Source: an uncultured Gemmatimonadales bacterium | Lineage (GTDB): Bacteria > Gemmatimonadota > Gemmatimonadetes > Gemmatimonadales > GWC2-71-9 | NCBI GenBank assembly: GCA_963815325.1 | Contig: CAWFGG010000002.1 | Location: 773,472 to 837,471 of the forward strand | Direction: 5' to 3' | Length of the DNA stretch: 64,000 nucleotides | Shown here: piece by piece, positions 30,359 through 40,076 of the stretch | How positions within the stretch are numbered: the first letter of the stretch is position 1 | Layout: every line of letters starts with the position of its first letter | Notes under the pieces: model-generated | The model's input: the letters and a program-made list of their open reading frames with translations, nothing else | Database searches by the model: none | Told to the model about the DNA's origin: nothing | Program-made: the position numbers and the translations under genes

Positions 30359-30880
30359 TTACTCGTCGGATCCGGCGAGCACCGTGATCTGGTCGCGTCG
30401 TACTTGGAGCTGACCGGAGTGCCGAAGGCCACGCCGGGAATGAATCCGGTGACGACCTCGACGGTCGAGGGATCATGAAAGTGATCGGGCTTCGTGTCGG
30501 GATGAGGGTAATAGACGTACCCGCGATAGGTCTTGTCTTCGAGGGTCACTCGGCAGGGGGCAAAGGAGAAATCCTCCGCCGGCGCCTGGCCTGTCCACTT
30601 GACCTGCCGGAAGGTGTGCTCGGGATAGCGGAGCGCGAACGAGAACGGATGCGATGGAAACGTTGAGGGTCGCGGGGTAGAAACTCGAGAAATCGAGCCC
30701 GAGTTCTTGGAAGAAGGGCAGCTGGGTAGTGATGGTGCCTTCGGGGTATGGGCTGTCCTCGCTCATGCCCGACGCGACGCCGTAGCCCTCGACCACCACG
30801 CCTGGGATGGTGACCCACTCGTCATTCTCGGAAGCCATGTCGTCTCCGGGCTCTCCCTCATCCTCAATGGCCATGACCAA
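30359..30880 (-). pseudogene. DUF120 / CTP-dependent riboflavin-kinase-like beta-barrel protein, two apparent frameshifts (~30655 and ~30410)
   Basis: Three frames join into ...VVVEGYGVASGMSEDSPYPEGTITTQLPFFQELGLDFSSFYPATLNVSI | HPFSFALRYPEHTFRQVKWTGQAPAEDFSFAPCRVTLEDKTYRGYVYYPHPDTKPDHFHDPSTVEVVTGFIPGVAFGTPV | QLQVRRDQITVLAGSDE*. The G.V.G.G...TLNV pattern resembles archaeal RibK. Confidence 0.45.
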
Positions 30881-31123
30881 ACTCCAGGTAGGAGCCGCTG
30901 ACGGGCGTGGGCAGTGAAATGCGAGTGGGGCGCACCCAGGCTGAATCGAGAAGGACCTACCGCCAAAGATGTCCGCGTCAACCGCCGAAAGGGAGGTCTA
31001 CTGCCGATTTGACCGCGGGTTGAACGCTCCCGCTTTGCCCAATCCCCGGGTCGCGTCCTATCTTCAGTGTTACTGGGGGCCGACCCTCAGTCCGCCCCAG
31101 AGTAACCCCAACGCAGGACGGTC

Positions 31124-33790
31124 ATGCCGACGTTGCGTTTCACCCTGAACGGCACCGAAGTCTCCGTCCCGTACGAGGACGGCATGCACTTCCTCGACGT
31201 GCTGCGGGAGGAGTGCGGCGTTACCTCGGTCAAGGACGGCTGCGCCCCACAGGGCTATTGCGGCTGCTGCGCGGTTCTGGTGGACGACACACCGGTCCTG
31301 GCCTGCCTCAAGAAACCGGCACAAATCGAAGGGAAAGCCGTCACGACGCTCGAAGGCGTGCCGAACGAGCAGCGGGAGGTGCTGTCGCGGGCCTTCGTGC
31401 AGGAGGGCGGCATCCAGTGCGGCTACTGCATCCCGGGCATCGTGACACGGGCGAGCGCGTTGCTCACCCGCGGCCAGGCGGCCGATCGCGATCAGGTCGT
31501 CAAGGCACTGCCCGGACACCTGTGCCGCTGCACCGGGTACGCCCGTATCGTCGACGCGATCCAGACCGCCGGTGAAGCCTGGGACAACGGCGGTGCGTTT
31601 TCGTCCGATCGGCCACGCCGCACCGACTTCTTCGGCGAGCAGTTCGGCCTGTCCCGCACCACCCAGCCGAGCCCAAGCTGCCACGGCGTCGGCAGTGTCG
31701 CCGCCCGCTACCGCGGCGGCGAGCACGCGATGGGCGAGAAGCCCTACGTGGCCGACATGAAGCTCCCCGGCATGCTGCACGGCGCCGTGGTGCTGAGCGA
31801 GCATGCAAGGGCGCGAGTGACCGGCATCGATCCGGCGCCGGCCCTGGCCATGCCCGGCGTGGTGCGGGTGCTCACCGCCCACGACGTGCCCGGCGAGCGC
31901 TCGGTCGGGCTCATCGTCAAGGATTGGCCGGTATTCGTCGCCAAGGGCGAAATCACCCGCTGCGTGGGCGACGTGCTGGCGTTGGTGGTTGCGGACACGC
32001 AGTACCACGCGCGCCTAGCGGCGGACGCGGTCAAGATCTCGTACGAGGTGCTCCAGCCGGTGACCGACCCCGAGGCGGCGCTCTGGCGCCGGACGCGCCC
32101 ACGGGTCCATGAATCCGGCAACCTGCTCGAGACCAGCGCCTTCTCCCGCGGCGACGTCGACGCGGCGCTCGCCACGTCGGCGCACGTGATTCAGCAGCGC
32201 TTCACCACCCAACGGATCGAGCACGCCTTCCTGGAGCCGGAGGCGTGTCTCGCGGTGCCCAACGGCGATCGGCTGACCGTCTATTCCCAGGGCCAGGGCG
32301 TCCACGACGACCAGCTCCAGATCGCGGCGATCCTGGGCATCGACAAGGGACTGATCGACGTCGAGCTGGTGACCAACGGCGGCGCCTTCGGCGGCAAGGA
32401 AGATCTCTCGATCCAGGGCCACACGGCGCTGGCCGCACGGCTGCTCGATCGTCCGGTCAGAACGGTGCTCACCCGCGAGCAGTCGATCCGGATGCATCCC
32501 AAGCGCCATCCGATCACGCTGGACTACACGGTCGGGGCCGACGCCGACGGGAAGCTCACCGCGCTGCGGGCCCGGATCATCGGCGACACCGGCGCCTACG
32601 CGTCGGTCGGGATGAAGGTGCTGGAGCGCGCCGCAGGCCATTCGTGCGGTCCCTATCGCGTGCCCAATGTCGAGGTCGAGGCCAAGACGGTGTACACCAA
32701 CAACCCGCCGTCGGGTGCCATGCGCGGGTTCGGCGCCAACCAGGCGGCCTTCGCCATCGAGGGCGTGCTCGATCTCCTGGCGGAACGGGTGGGGATCGAC
32801 GGCTACGACATCCGCGAACGGAACATCCTGGCGCCGGGCGACGCGTTTGCCACCGGCCAGCGCATGACCGCGAGCTGCGGCATCCGGCAGACGCTCGAGG
32901 CCGTGAAGGACGTGTACAAGAGCGCCAAGTACGCCGGCATAGCGTGCGGCATCAAGAACACCGGCATCGGCAACGGCATGGAAGACGGCTGCCGAGTGAT
33001 CCTCCGGGTGGTCGAGGGCGGGCGGGTGGAGATCGTGACCGGGTACACCGAGATGGGCCAGGGGTTCTTCACGGTGCTCCAGCAGGTGGTGAGCGAGGAG
33101 ACCGAGCTCGAGCCCGACATCATGACCGTCCGGACGGTGAGCGATCCGGCCGTGTTCTGCGGCATGACCACGGCATCGCGCGCGACCGCGCTCGGCACCG
33201 CGGCGGCGCAGATCGCGAGCAGGAAGCTCGCCGCCGACCTCGCAGAGCGCCCGCTCGACCAACTTGCCGGCCGCGAGTACCTCGGCGAATACGTCTGCGA
33301 CTTCACCACCAAGCCGGGCGCCAAGACCGACGACCCCAAGACCCACCTGACCTTCGGCTACGCGACCCAGGTGGTGATCCTGGACGACGAGGGCAAGCTC
33401 TCGCGCGTGGTGGCGGCGCACGACGTGGGCCGCGCGATCAATCCGCTCCAGTGCGCCGGGCAGATCGAGGGATCGGTGCACATGGGCCTGGGCTACGCGC
33501 TGTCGGAAGACCTGCCCTGCACGGACGGGCGGCCGGATTCGCTGCTGCTCCGCGACCTCGGCATCCTCAAGGCCAAGGACACGCCGCAGATCGATGTCAT
33601 CCTGGTCGAGGTGCCGGACGAAGTGGGCGGCTACGGCTCGAAGGGTGTGGGCGAGATCGGCCTGGTGCCGACGGCGGGCGCCGTGGCCGCCGCACTCCAT
33701 GCCTTCGACGGCATCCGCCGCTTCAGCCTGCCGATGATCGACGCGCCGGCAGCCCAGGCCTCGGTCCCCAAATCGCGGCGGGCCTCATAA
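31124..33790 (+). CDS. molybdopterin xanthine-dehydrogenase-family hydroxylase with fused N-terminal [2Fe-2S] domains (Se-dependent XDH / XdhD-like architecture)
   Basis: 888 aa. N-terminus: GCAPQGYCGCCAV...C, then QCGYCIPG...CRCTGY. This is followed by an aldehyde oxidase/XDH Mo-binding body (GGAFGGKE, GAMRGFG, GVGEIGLVPTA). Confidence 0.85.
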   Translation: MPTLRFTLNGTEVSVPYEDGMHFLDVLREECGVTSVKDGCAPQGYCGCCAVLVDDTPVLACLKKPAQIEGKAVTTLEGVPNEQREVLSRAFVQEGGIQCGYCIPGIVTRASALLTRGQAADRDQVVKALPGHLCRCTGYARIVDAIQTAGEAWDNGGAFSSDRPRRTDFFGEQFGLSRTTQPSPSCHGVGSVAARYRGGEHAMGEKPYVADMKLPGMLHGAVVLSEHARARVTGIDPAPALAMPGVVRVLTAHDVPGERSVGLIVKDWPVFVAKGEITRCVGDVLALVVADTQYHARLAADAVKISYEVLQPVTDPEAALWRRTRPRVHESGNLLETSAFSRGDVDAALATSAHVIQQRFTTQRIEHAFLEPEACLAVPNGDRLTVYSQGQGVHDDQLQIAAILGIDKGLIDVELVTNGGAFGGKEDLSIQGHTALAARLLDRPVRTVLTREQSIRMHPKRHPITLDYTVGADADGKLTALRARIIGDTGAYASVGMKVLERAAGHSCGPYRVPNVEVEAKTVYTNNPPSGAMRGFGANQAAFAIEGVLDLLAERVGIDGYDIRERNILAPGDAFATGQRMTASCGIRQTLEAVKDVYKSAKYAGIACGIKNTGIGNGMEDGCRVILRVVEGGRVEIVTGYTEMGQGFFTVLQQVVSEETELEPDIMTVRTVSDPAVFCGMTTASRATALGTAAAQIASRKLAADLAERPLDQLAGREYLGEYVCDFTTKPGAKTDDPKTHLTFGYATQVVILDDEGKLSRVVAAHDVGRAINPLQCAGQIEGSVHMGLGYALSEDLPCTDGRPDSLLLRDLGILKAKDTPQIDVILVEVPDEVGGYGSKGVGEIGLVPTAGAVAAALHAFDGIRRFSLPMIDAPAAQASVPKSRRAS

Positions 33791-33831
33791 GCACGCTCGT
33801 CCCCATTCCGCTCGCGGACCTGGTCTGGCGC

Positions 33832-35922
33832 ATGCGGCGCGAGGCCCAGGCGAGCCAGGCCATCTTCGACCTGCCGGCCCGCAAGTGGTTCATTCCCGAC
33901 GGGGACCTCGACTTCAGCGCCATTCACTTCTCGCGCCGCGCCGCGACACCGGTCGGCCCCGCAGCCGGCCCGCACACGCAGCTGGCCCAAAACATCGTGC
34001 TCGCCTGGCTCGCGGGCAGCAGGATCATCGAGCTCAAGACGGTGCAGGTCAACGACCGGCTGGAGATCCCGCGGCCGTGCATCCACGTTCCGAATATCGG
34101 GTACAACGTGGAGTGGTCGCAGGAACTCAGGGTCGAGGAATCCACCAAGGAATACGCCAAGGCGGTGTTCCTGATCGAGATCCTCAAGGCGACGCGGGCT
34201 TTCGGCATGTTCCCGGACGCCCCCGCGACTCATGCAGCGTTGGATACGGTGTACGACATCAGCGTGGGCTACGACCTCGAAGGCATCCGATCGGACAAGG
34301 TGAACGGGTTCCTCCAGGCGTTGAAACGGCCCAGGGCGTTGTTCGACGAGCTGCGTGGCGAGCTGGCACGTGAATTCCCGGAGTATCGGGACCTCCCACT
34401 GCCGGAGTCCATTTCTGATTGCGTGACCCTGTCCACCTTCCATGGCTGCCCGGCCGACCAGATCGAGGCCATCGGCCGGCACCTGCTGGAGGAGTGCGGG
34501 CTCCACACCATCATCAAGCTGAACCCGACGCTGCTGGGCTACGAGCGCGTGCAGGAACTCCTGATCGAGCGGCTGGGCTACCGGCGCCTCGAGCTTCGCC
34601 AGGACGCGTTCGACCACGATCTCCAGTATGACGACGGCCTGACCATCCTGCGCAACCTCCGCCAGGTGGCGGAGCGCCACGGCTCGACCATCGGGGCCAA
34701 GTTCACCAACACGATGGTGGTGGCCAACAAGGCCGACGTGTTTCCGACCCAGGCCGACCCTTACATGTACGTGTCGGGCCCGCCGCTCCACGTGATCGCG
34801 ATGACGCTGATGCAGCGCTTCCGCGAGGACCTGGGCTTCGAGTTCCCGGTCTCGTTCTCCGCCGGCATTGACGCCAAGAACTTTCCGGCCGCGGTGGCGT
34901 GCGGCATGGTGCCCGTCACCACCTGCACCGACCTGCTGCGCCAGGGAGGCTACGGCCGCTTGCCAACATATTTGCGTGCGCTGGGCCGCGAGATGCAGCG
35001 GGTCGGCGTGACGTCACGCGAAGCGTATGTCTTGGCCGCCCGGGAGCACGGCGCGGAGGCCGCCAAGGAAGCGCTCAAGCTGGTGAGCGTCGATGCCGGG
35101 TTGTGGCACCGCGAAGGGCCCGGCATCGCCAAGACCGCCAGGGAACATCCGGACGACCTGCCCCGAGCGCTCCGGGCGCTGGCGCCCGCGCAAGGACTCG
35201 TTCCCGACGACCTGGTGCTCCTCGCAACCCGGATGGCGGGGCGGCTGAACGGCCGTGACATCGTCCCGCTCCTACCCAGCGACACGCGCTATCACGCCCA
35301 CGCCAACGCCAAGCCGCCGCGCACGATCGACAGCACGCTCGATCTGTACGACTGCATCAACTGCGATCTCTGCATCGCCGCCTGCCCCAACGATGCCATC
35401 TTCGCCTACGAGGCCGCACCGGTCGCGACCGCCACGGTGCGTCTCGAGTCGGACGGCGCGGGCGGCTTACGGCGCGCGCCGGGGCGCGGCTTCACCATCA
35501 ATGAGGCGCACCAGCTCGCGGTGATCGAAGGCGCGTGCAATGAGTGCTCCAACTGCGAGGTGTACTGCCCCGAAGACGGCGCTCCATTCGTGGTGAAGGA
35601 GCGACTGTTCCTGAGCCACGACGATTTCGACCGGGCCCACCAGCTCGACGGATTCGTGCGCGAAGGGGATATTCTCCTGGCGCGGCTGGACGGGCGAAAC
35701 CTCCGGCTCCGGCAGGATCATGCGGCAAATCGAGGAACCGTGACCGGCGAAGGCATCGACCTCCAGCTCAGCCTGGATCCGTTCGAGGTGACCGGCGGCA
35801 CGGTGTCGGATGACGGAGCAATCGATACTGCACTCCTCTGGCGGATGAAGACGGTGTGGGACTCGATCTACGGCGCTACCGCACCAAACGCGCTCAACTC
35901 GATGCACTACGCCGATGAGTGA
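33832..35922 (+). CDS. YgfK-like Fe-S oxidoreductase (DPD-like TIM barrel plus 2x[4Fe-4S]), lacking the GltD-like FAD/NAD(P) module
   Basis: This is the C-terminal two-thirds of ORF 32245..35922. Motifs: ATPVGPAAGPHTQLAQNIV, IELKTVQ, VTLSTFHGCPADQIEAIGRHLLEE, KLNPTLLGYERV, CINCDLCIAACP, CNECSNCEVYCP. Homology appears to begin about 15 codons upstream of ATG 33832 (LVPIPLADL), where no ATG/GTG/TTG exists. Confidence 0.65.
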   Translation: MRREAQASQAIFDLPARKWFIPDGDLDFSAIHFSRRAATPVGPAAGPHTQLAQNIVLAWLAGSRIIELKTVQVNDRLEIPRPCIHVPNIGYNVEWSQELRVEESTKEYAKAVFLIEILKATRAFGMFPDAPATHAALDTVYDISVGYDLEGIRSDKVNGFLQALKRPRALFDELRGELAREFPEYRDLPLPESISDCVTLSTFHGCPADQIEAIGRHLLEECGLHTIIKLNPTLLGYERVQELLIERLGYRRLELRQDAFDHDLQYDDGLTILRNLRQVAERHGSTIGAKFTNTMVVANKADVFPTQADPYMYVSGPPLHVIAMTLMQRFREDLGFEFPVSFSAGIDAKNFPAAVACGMVPVTTCTDLLRQGGYGRLPTYLRALGREMQRVGVTSREAYVLAAREHGAEAAKEALKLVSVDAGLWHREGPGIAKTAREHPDDLPRALRALAPAQGLVPDDLVLLATRMAGRLNGRDIVPLLPSDTRYHAHANAKPPRTIDSTLDLYDCINCDLCIAACPNDAIFAYEAAPVATATVRLESDGAGGLRRAPGRGFTINEAHQLAVIEGACNECSNCEVYCPEDGAPFVVKERLFLSHDDFDRAHQLDGFVREGDILLARLDGRNLRLRQDHAANRGTVTGEGIDLQLSLDPFEVTGGTVSDDGAIDTALLWRMKTVWDSIYGATAPNALNSMHYADE

Positions 35923-37288
35923 GACCATCCTGCTCGGCAACGGGGTGGTGGTGACCCCGCGAATTTCCGCGGATACCGCGCCAACGCACGTTATCCGGAA
36001 TGGCGCGGTCGTCTGGCGCGGCGATCGGATCGTCGGTGTCGGGCCTGAGGCACAGCTTCGCCGAGAGTTTCCCAACGCCGGGTTCATGGACGCCCACGGC
36101 GGCCTGATCATTCCGGGCCTGATCAACCTGCACCATCACTTCTACTCGGCGCTGGCGCGCGGGCTCGACCCCAAGACGCCGATGAAAGATTTCGGCGAGG
36201 TGCTGGACCGGCTCTGGTGGCGGCTCGACCGGGCACTCGACCTGGAAACGGTGCGGATCTCCGCCCAACTCTCAGCCGCGGACTGCATCCGCTCGGGTTG
36301 CACCACGGTGTTCGACCACCACGCCTCGCCCAATGCCATTGCCGGCAGCCTGGACGCGATTGCCGACGCGATGGAGGAGGCCGGCGTGTCGGCAGCGCTG
36401 TGTTACGAAGTCACCGACCGGAACGGCCACGACCAGGCGCAGGCCGGCCTCGATGAGAACCTCCGCTTCGTGCTCCAGCGCCAGCGCCCCCGGATCCGCG
36501 GCCTGCTGGGCCTCCACGCGAGCTTCACCCTGCGGGACGAGACCATGAAGCTTGCAGCCGATCGCCGCCAAGAAGGCATGGGCTGCCATATCCACGTGGC
36601 CGAGGACCCGATCGATGTCGTGGCGTCGCAGGAGGCGTTCGGGCGATGGCCCGTCGAACGGCTCGAGCAGTTCGGGTTGCTCGATTCGCGATGTCTCTTG
36701 GCGCATGGCATTCACCTTAGCGCTGGTGAATACCGGACCATAGCCCATCACGACGCGGTGATAATTCACAATCCCGAATCCAACGCCAACAACGGCGTCG
36801 GTCACTTGAACGTGGTGGACACTGCCGCTCACGGCTGCCTGGTGGGGCTCGGCACCGACGGAATGTCGTCCGCCGTGTTGCGCGCGCTCCGCTTCGCGTT
36901 CCTCACCCACCGCGGCCTCCAGCGCGACCCGTCGAGCGGGTTCCAGACGCTGCCCGACCTGCTCTCGAACAACGCGCGCGTCGCCCGCCGCTTCTTCGAC
37001 GAGCCCCTGCTCGGCGAGCTGGCCATCGACGCGCCGGCGGACATCGCGGTGCTCGATGCGCCGCCACCGACGGCCATCGAAGCGGGCAATGCGTTTGCCC
37101 ATCTGGTGTACGGCGCGAGCGAGGCCTCGGTCCGGCATACCATCGCCCGCGGCCATGTGCTGCTCCAGGACTTCCACCATACCGCCGTCGACACCGAACG
37201 CCTGGCCGCCCGGGCTCGCGAGGCGTCCCCCGCCCTCTGGGACCGGTTTCACGCCTTGCCCTGGGGCACTAGCTTTCTCGGCACTTGA
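35915..37288 (+). CDS. ssnA: SsnA-like amidohydrolase (chlorohydrolase/deaminase superfamily)
   Basis: 457 aa. GLINLHHHFYSALARG (HxH metal site), HVAED, and HGIHL. The start overlaps the upstream stop. Confidence 0.75.
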   Translation: MSETILLGNGVVVTPRISADTAPTHVIRNGAVVWRGDRIVGVGPEAQLRREFPNAGFMDAHGGLIIPGLINLHHHFYSALARGLDPKTPMKDFGEVLDRLWWRLDRALDLETVRISAQLSAADCIRSGCTTVFDHHASPNAIAGSLDAIADAMEEAGVSAALCYEVTDRNGHDQAQAGLDENLRFVLQRQRPRIRGLLGLHASFTLRDETMKLAADRRQEGMGCHIHVAEDPIDVVASQEAFGRWPVERLEQFGLLDSRCLLAHGIHLSAGEYRTIAHHDAVIIHNPESNANNGVGHLNVVDTAAHGCLVGLGTDGMSSAVLRALRFAFLTHRGLQRDPSSGFQTLPDLLSNNARVARRFFDEPLLGELAIDAPADIAVLDAPPPTAIEAGNAFAHLVYGASEASVRHTIARGHVLLQDFHHTAVDTERLAARAREASPALWDRFHALPWGTSFLGT

Positions 37289-37320
37289 TTCCCAGCCACC
37301 GGGCCAGACGGGTACCCCGC

Positions 37321-38782
37321 ATGCCGGCACCAGATAAGACGACCAAGAGCGAGAAGCGCCGCCGCGCCGTCGCGACGTGTCGCGAGCGCGGCGTCTTGAT
37401 CCCGACGTTCGCTCAGATGCGCGATCCGGACACCATCGACCCGGTCATCACGGCCAAGCTCCGCGGCATCGACATGCAGGCGGTGCATCCGCTCAATCTG
37501 TTCCGCATCACCTGGCACAACGATCCGCAAGAGCGGCGGCTTCGGACCGGTCAACATGTTGGAGCTCCCGCCCGTCCTGACCGGCGTGCCGGCCCGCATC
37601 GTGGGGCTGGTGGGCGAGTACTTCCCGACCGGCGCCCACAAGGTGGGTGCTGCGTTCGGTTGCCTGGTGCCGCGGCTCGTGTCCGGCGAGTTCGATCCCA
37701 CCACCCAGCGCGCCGTCTGGCCCTCCACCGGCAACTACTGCCGCGGCGGCGCGTTCGACAGCGCGCTCCTGGGTTGCCATGCGGTGGCCATCCTGCCGGA
37801 GGAGATGAGCCGAGAGCGGTTCGAGTGGCTGGAGCAGATCGGCGCCGAGGTCATCAAGACGCCGGGCGGCGAGAGCAACGTAAAGGAGATCTTCGACGCC
37901 TGCGCCGAGATCCGGAGGACCAGCCCCGAGGCGGTCATCTTCAACCAGTTCGACGAGTTCGGGAACTACCTGTGGCATTACGGCGTGACCGGCCCGGCCG
38001 CGGAGGAGGCGTTCCGGCGCCTCAAGCGGCCCGGCGATCGGTTGGCCGCATGGGTCGGCGCCACCGGCTCGGCCGGTACGCTGGCGACCGGGGACTATCT
38101 GAAGCGCGCCTTTCCCGGTTGCGCTATCGCCGCCGCCGAGGCGCTCCAGTGCCCTACCTTATTAGAGGCGGGGTTCGGGGGGCACCGAATCGAGGGCATC
38201 GGCGACAAGCACGTGCCCTGGATCCACAACGTGCGGAACACCGACCTGGTGACGGCCATCGACGACGAGGCCACCATGCGCCTCATGCGGCTGTTCAACG
38301 AGCCGGCGGGCCATGCGGTGCTGGCGCGCTACGGCGTGCCCGACGATACCGTGTCCCAGCTTCCCCTCCTCGGCATTTCGAGCATCTGCAACCTGCTGGC
38401 CGCCATCAAGACGGCCAAGTATTACGAGTTGGGCGAGCACGACATGTTGTTCACGTCGTTCACCGATTCGGTCGATCTCTACCGGACCCGCCTGGTCGAG
38501 CTCCAGGAACAGCATGGACCCTACACCGAGCTGGCCGCGGCCATCGACTTCGAGCGCTACCTGTTGGGAACCGCGACGGATCATTTGCGGGAGCTGCGTT
38601 ACACCGACCGGAAGGCCATTCACAACTTGAAGTACTTCACTTGGGTGGAGCAGCAGGGCAAGACCGCCGAGGAGCTCGACCGGCTGTGGAGCCCGGCGTT
38701 CTGGCAGGAACTGGCCGGGCAGCTGCCGGGGCTGGACGAGCAGATCCGAGCCTTCAACAGCGACACCGGGCTGGGCAGCTAG
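37321..38782 (+). pseudogene. fold-type II PLP-dependent enzyme (cysteine-synthase-like) with an apparent frameshift near 37530
   Basis: The N-terminal ~70 aa (MPAPDKTTKSEKRRRAVATCRERGVLIPTFAQMRDPDTIDPVI...FRITWHNDPQE) are in frame 37285. They continue in frame 37556 (SGGFGPVNMLELPPV...PTGAHKVGAAFG...STGNYCRGGA...GATGSAGT). Confidence 0.7.
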
Positions 38783-38821
38783 CGGGTCCGGTCCGAGACA
38801 ATACGACGGAGACACGACAGC

Positions 38822-40072
38822 ATGACCCAAGTGAGTAAGCAGGCTCTGGCCGACGCGCGGCAGTACGAGGCCGACATCGTCGCCTTTTTGCGGGAGATGA
38901 TCGCCATCCCCGCCGAGAGCCTGCAGGAGGGCGAGCGGTGCGAGCGGGTGCGGAAGGAATATCAGACGCTGGGCTTCGACGAGGTCTTCTTCGATACCCT
39001 GGGGAACGTCATCGCCAAGGTCGGCGACGGCCCGCTCACCATCCTGATGGACGGCCACATCGATTGCGTGGGCGTGGGCGACCGCGGCGCGTGGGAGTTC
39101 GACCCGTTCAAAGGCAAGCTCGAGGACGGCAAGGTGTGGGGCCGTGGCGCGGTGGACGAGCTGCCGGCCGTGGCCTGCATGGCCTACGCCGCCAAGCTGC
39201 TCATGGAACGCGGCCTGCCCAAGGACGTGACGCTCTACTTGTCGGCCACGGTCATGGAAGAGGACTGCGACGGCTATTGCCTGCTCCATATGATTGAAAA
39301 GGAGAACATCCGGCCCGACGTGGTGATCATCGGCGAGCCCACTGATCTCAACGTCTATCGCGGGCACCGGGGCCGGGTCGAGATCATGATCCGCACCAAG
39401 GGCGTGTCGGCCCATGCGGCGCACAGCGAGCGCGGGGTGAACGCGCTCTACAAGGCGGCGCGCATCATGCTCGACATCGAGGCGCTGAACGAGCGGCTCC
39501 CGGTGGACGACTTCCTGGGCAAGGGATCGATCGTGGTGTCGTCGGTCGAGTGCACCACCGCGTCGCTCAACGCCGTGCCGGACAGTGCCACGATCTATGT
39601 CGACCGGCGAATGACCGCGGGCGAGACGGTCGACGGTGTGCTGGCCGAACTCAAGGCGCTGCCGCACTTGGGCGACGCCACGGTCGAGGTATCGAATTAC
39701 GACGTGACCAGCTGGCTCGGCGAGCGGGCCCATCAGGAGAAGTTCTACCCCACCTGGGTCATGCCCGAGGACCATCCGCTGGTGCAGGGTGTTGCGCACG
39801 CGGTCGAAGCGGTGCTCGGTACCAAACCTAAGATTTCCCGCTGGGGGTTTTCCACCAACGGCGTCGCCAGCATGGGCCGGCACGGCATTCCGACTGTGGG
39901 GTTCGCGCCGGGGCTGGAGGAGCTGGCCCACACGACCCAGGAGTGGGTGTCGGTGGAAGACTTGGTGAAGGCCACCGCGGTATACAGCGTCATCCCAGGA
40001 ATATTGGCCGAACGTAAGGATCAACTCTTGGCGGCTCCGCAGGGCGGCGGGGCGGAGAAGGTCGGGCGCTGA
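38822..40072 (+). CDS. ygeY: YgeY-family M20 metallohydrolase
   Basis: 416 aa. Motifs: MDGHIDCVGVGD, GRGAVDE, MEEDCDG, GEPT, RGHRGRVE, VSAHAA. Confidence 0.75.
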   Translation: MTQVSKQALADARQYEADIVAFLREMIAIPAESLQEGERCERVRKEYQTLGFDEVFFDTLGNVIAKVGDGPLTILMDGHIDCVGVGDRGAWEFDPFKGKLEDGKVWGRGAVDELPAVACMAYAAKLLMERGLPKDVTLYLSATVMEEDCDGYCLLHMIEKENIRPDVVIIGEPTDLNVYRGHRGRVEIMIRTKGVSAHAAHSERGVNALYKAARIMLDIEALNERLPVDDFLGKGSIVVSSVECTTASLNAVPDSATIYVDRRMTAGETVDGVLAELKALPHLGDATVEVSNYDVTSWLGERAHQEKFYPTWVMPEDHPLVQGVAHAVEAVLGTKPKISRWGFSTNGVASMGRHGIPTVGFAPGLEELAHTTQEWVSVEDLVKATAVYSVIPGILAERKDQLLAAPQGGGAEKVGR

Positions 40073-40076
40073 GCCT

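Noticed and set aside
31070-31105. Stem-loop TTACTGGGG-N16-CCCCAG(AG)TAA just upstream of the hydroxylase RBS. It was considered as a possible Moco or purine riboswitch fragment.
   Set aside because: I could not recognise any conserved riboswitch core sequence in 30881-31123. It is a single hairpin only.
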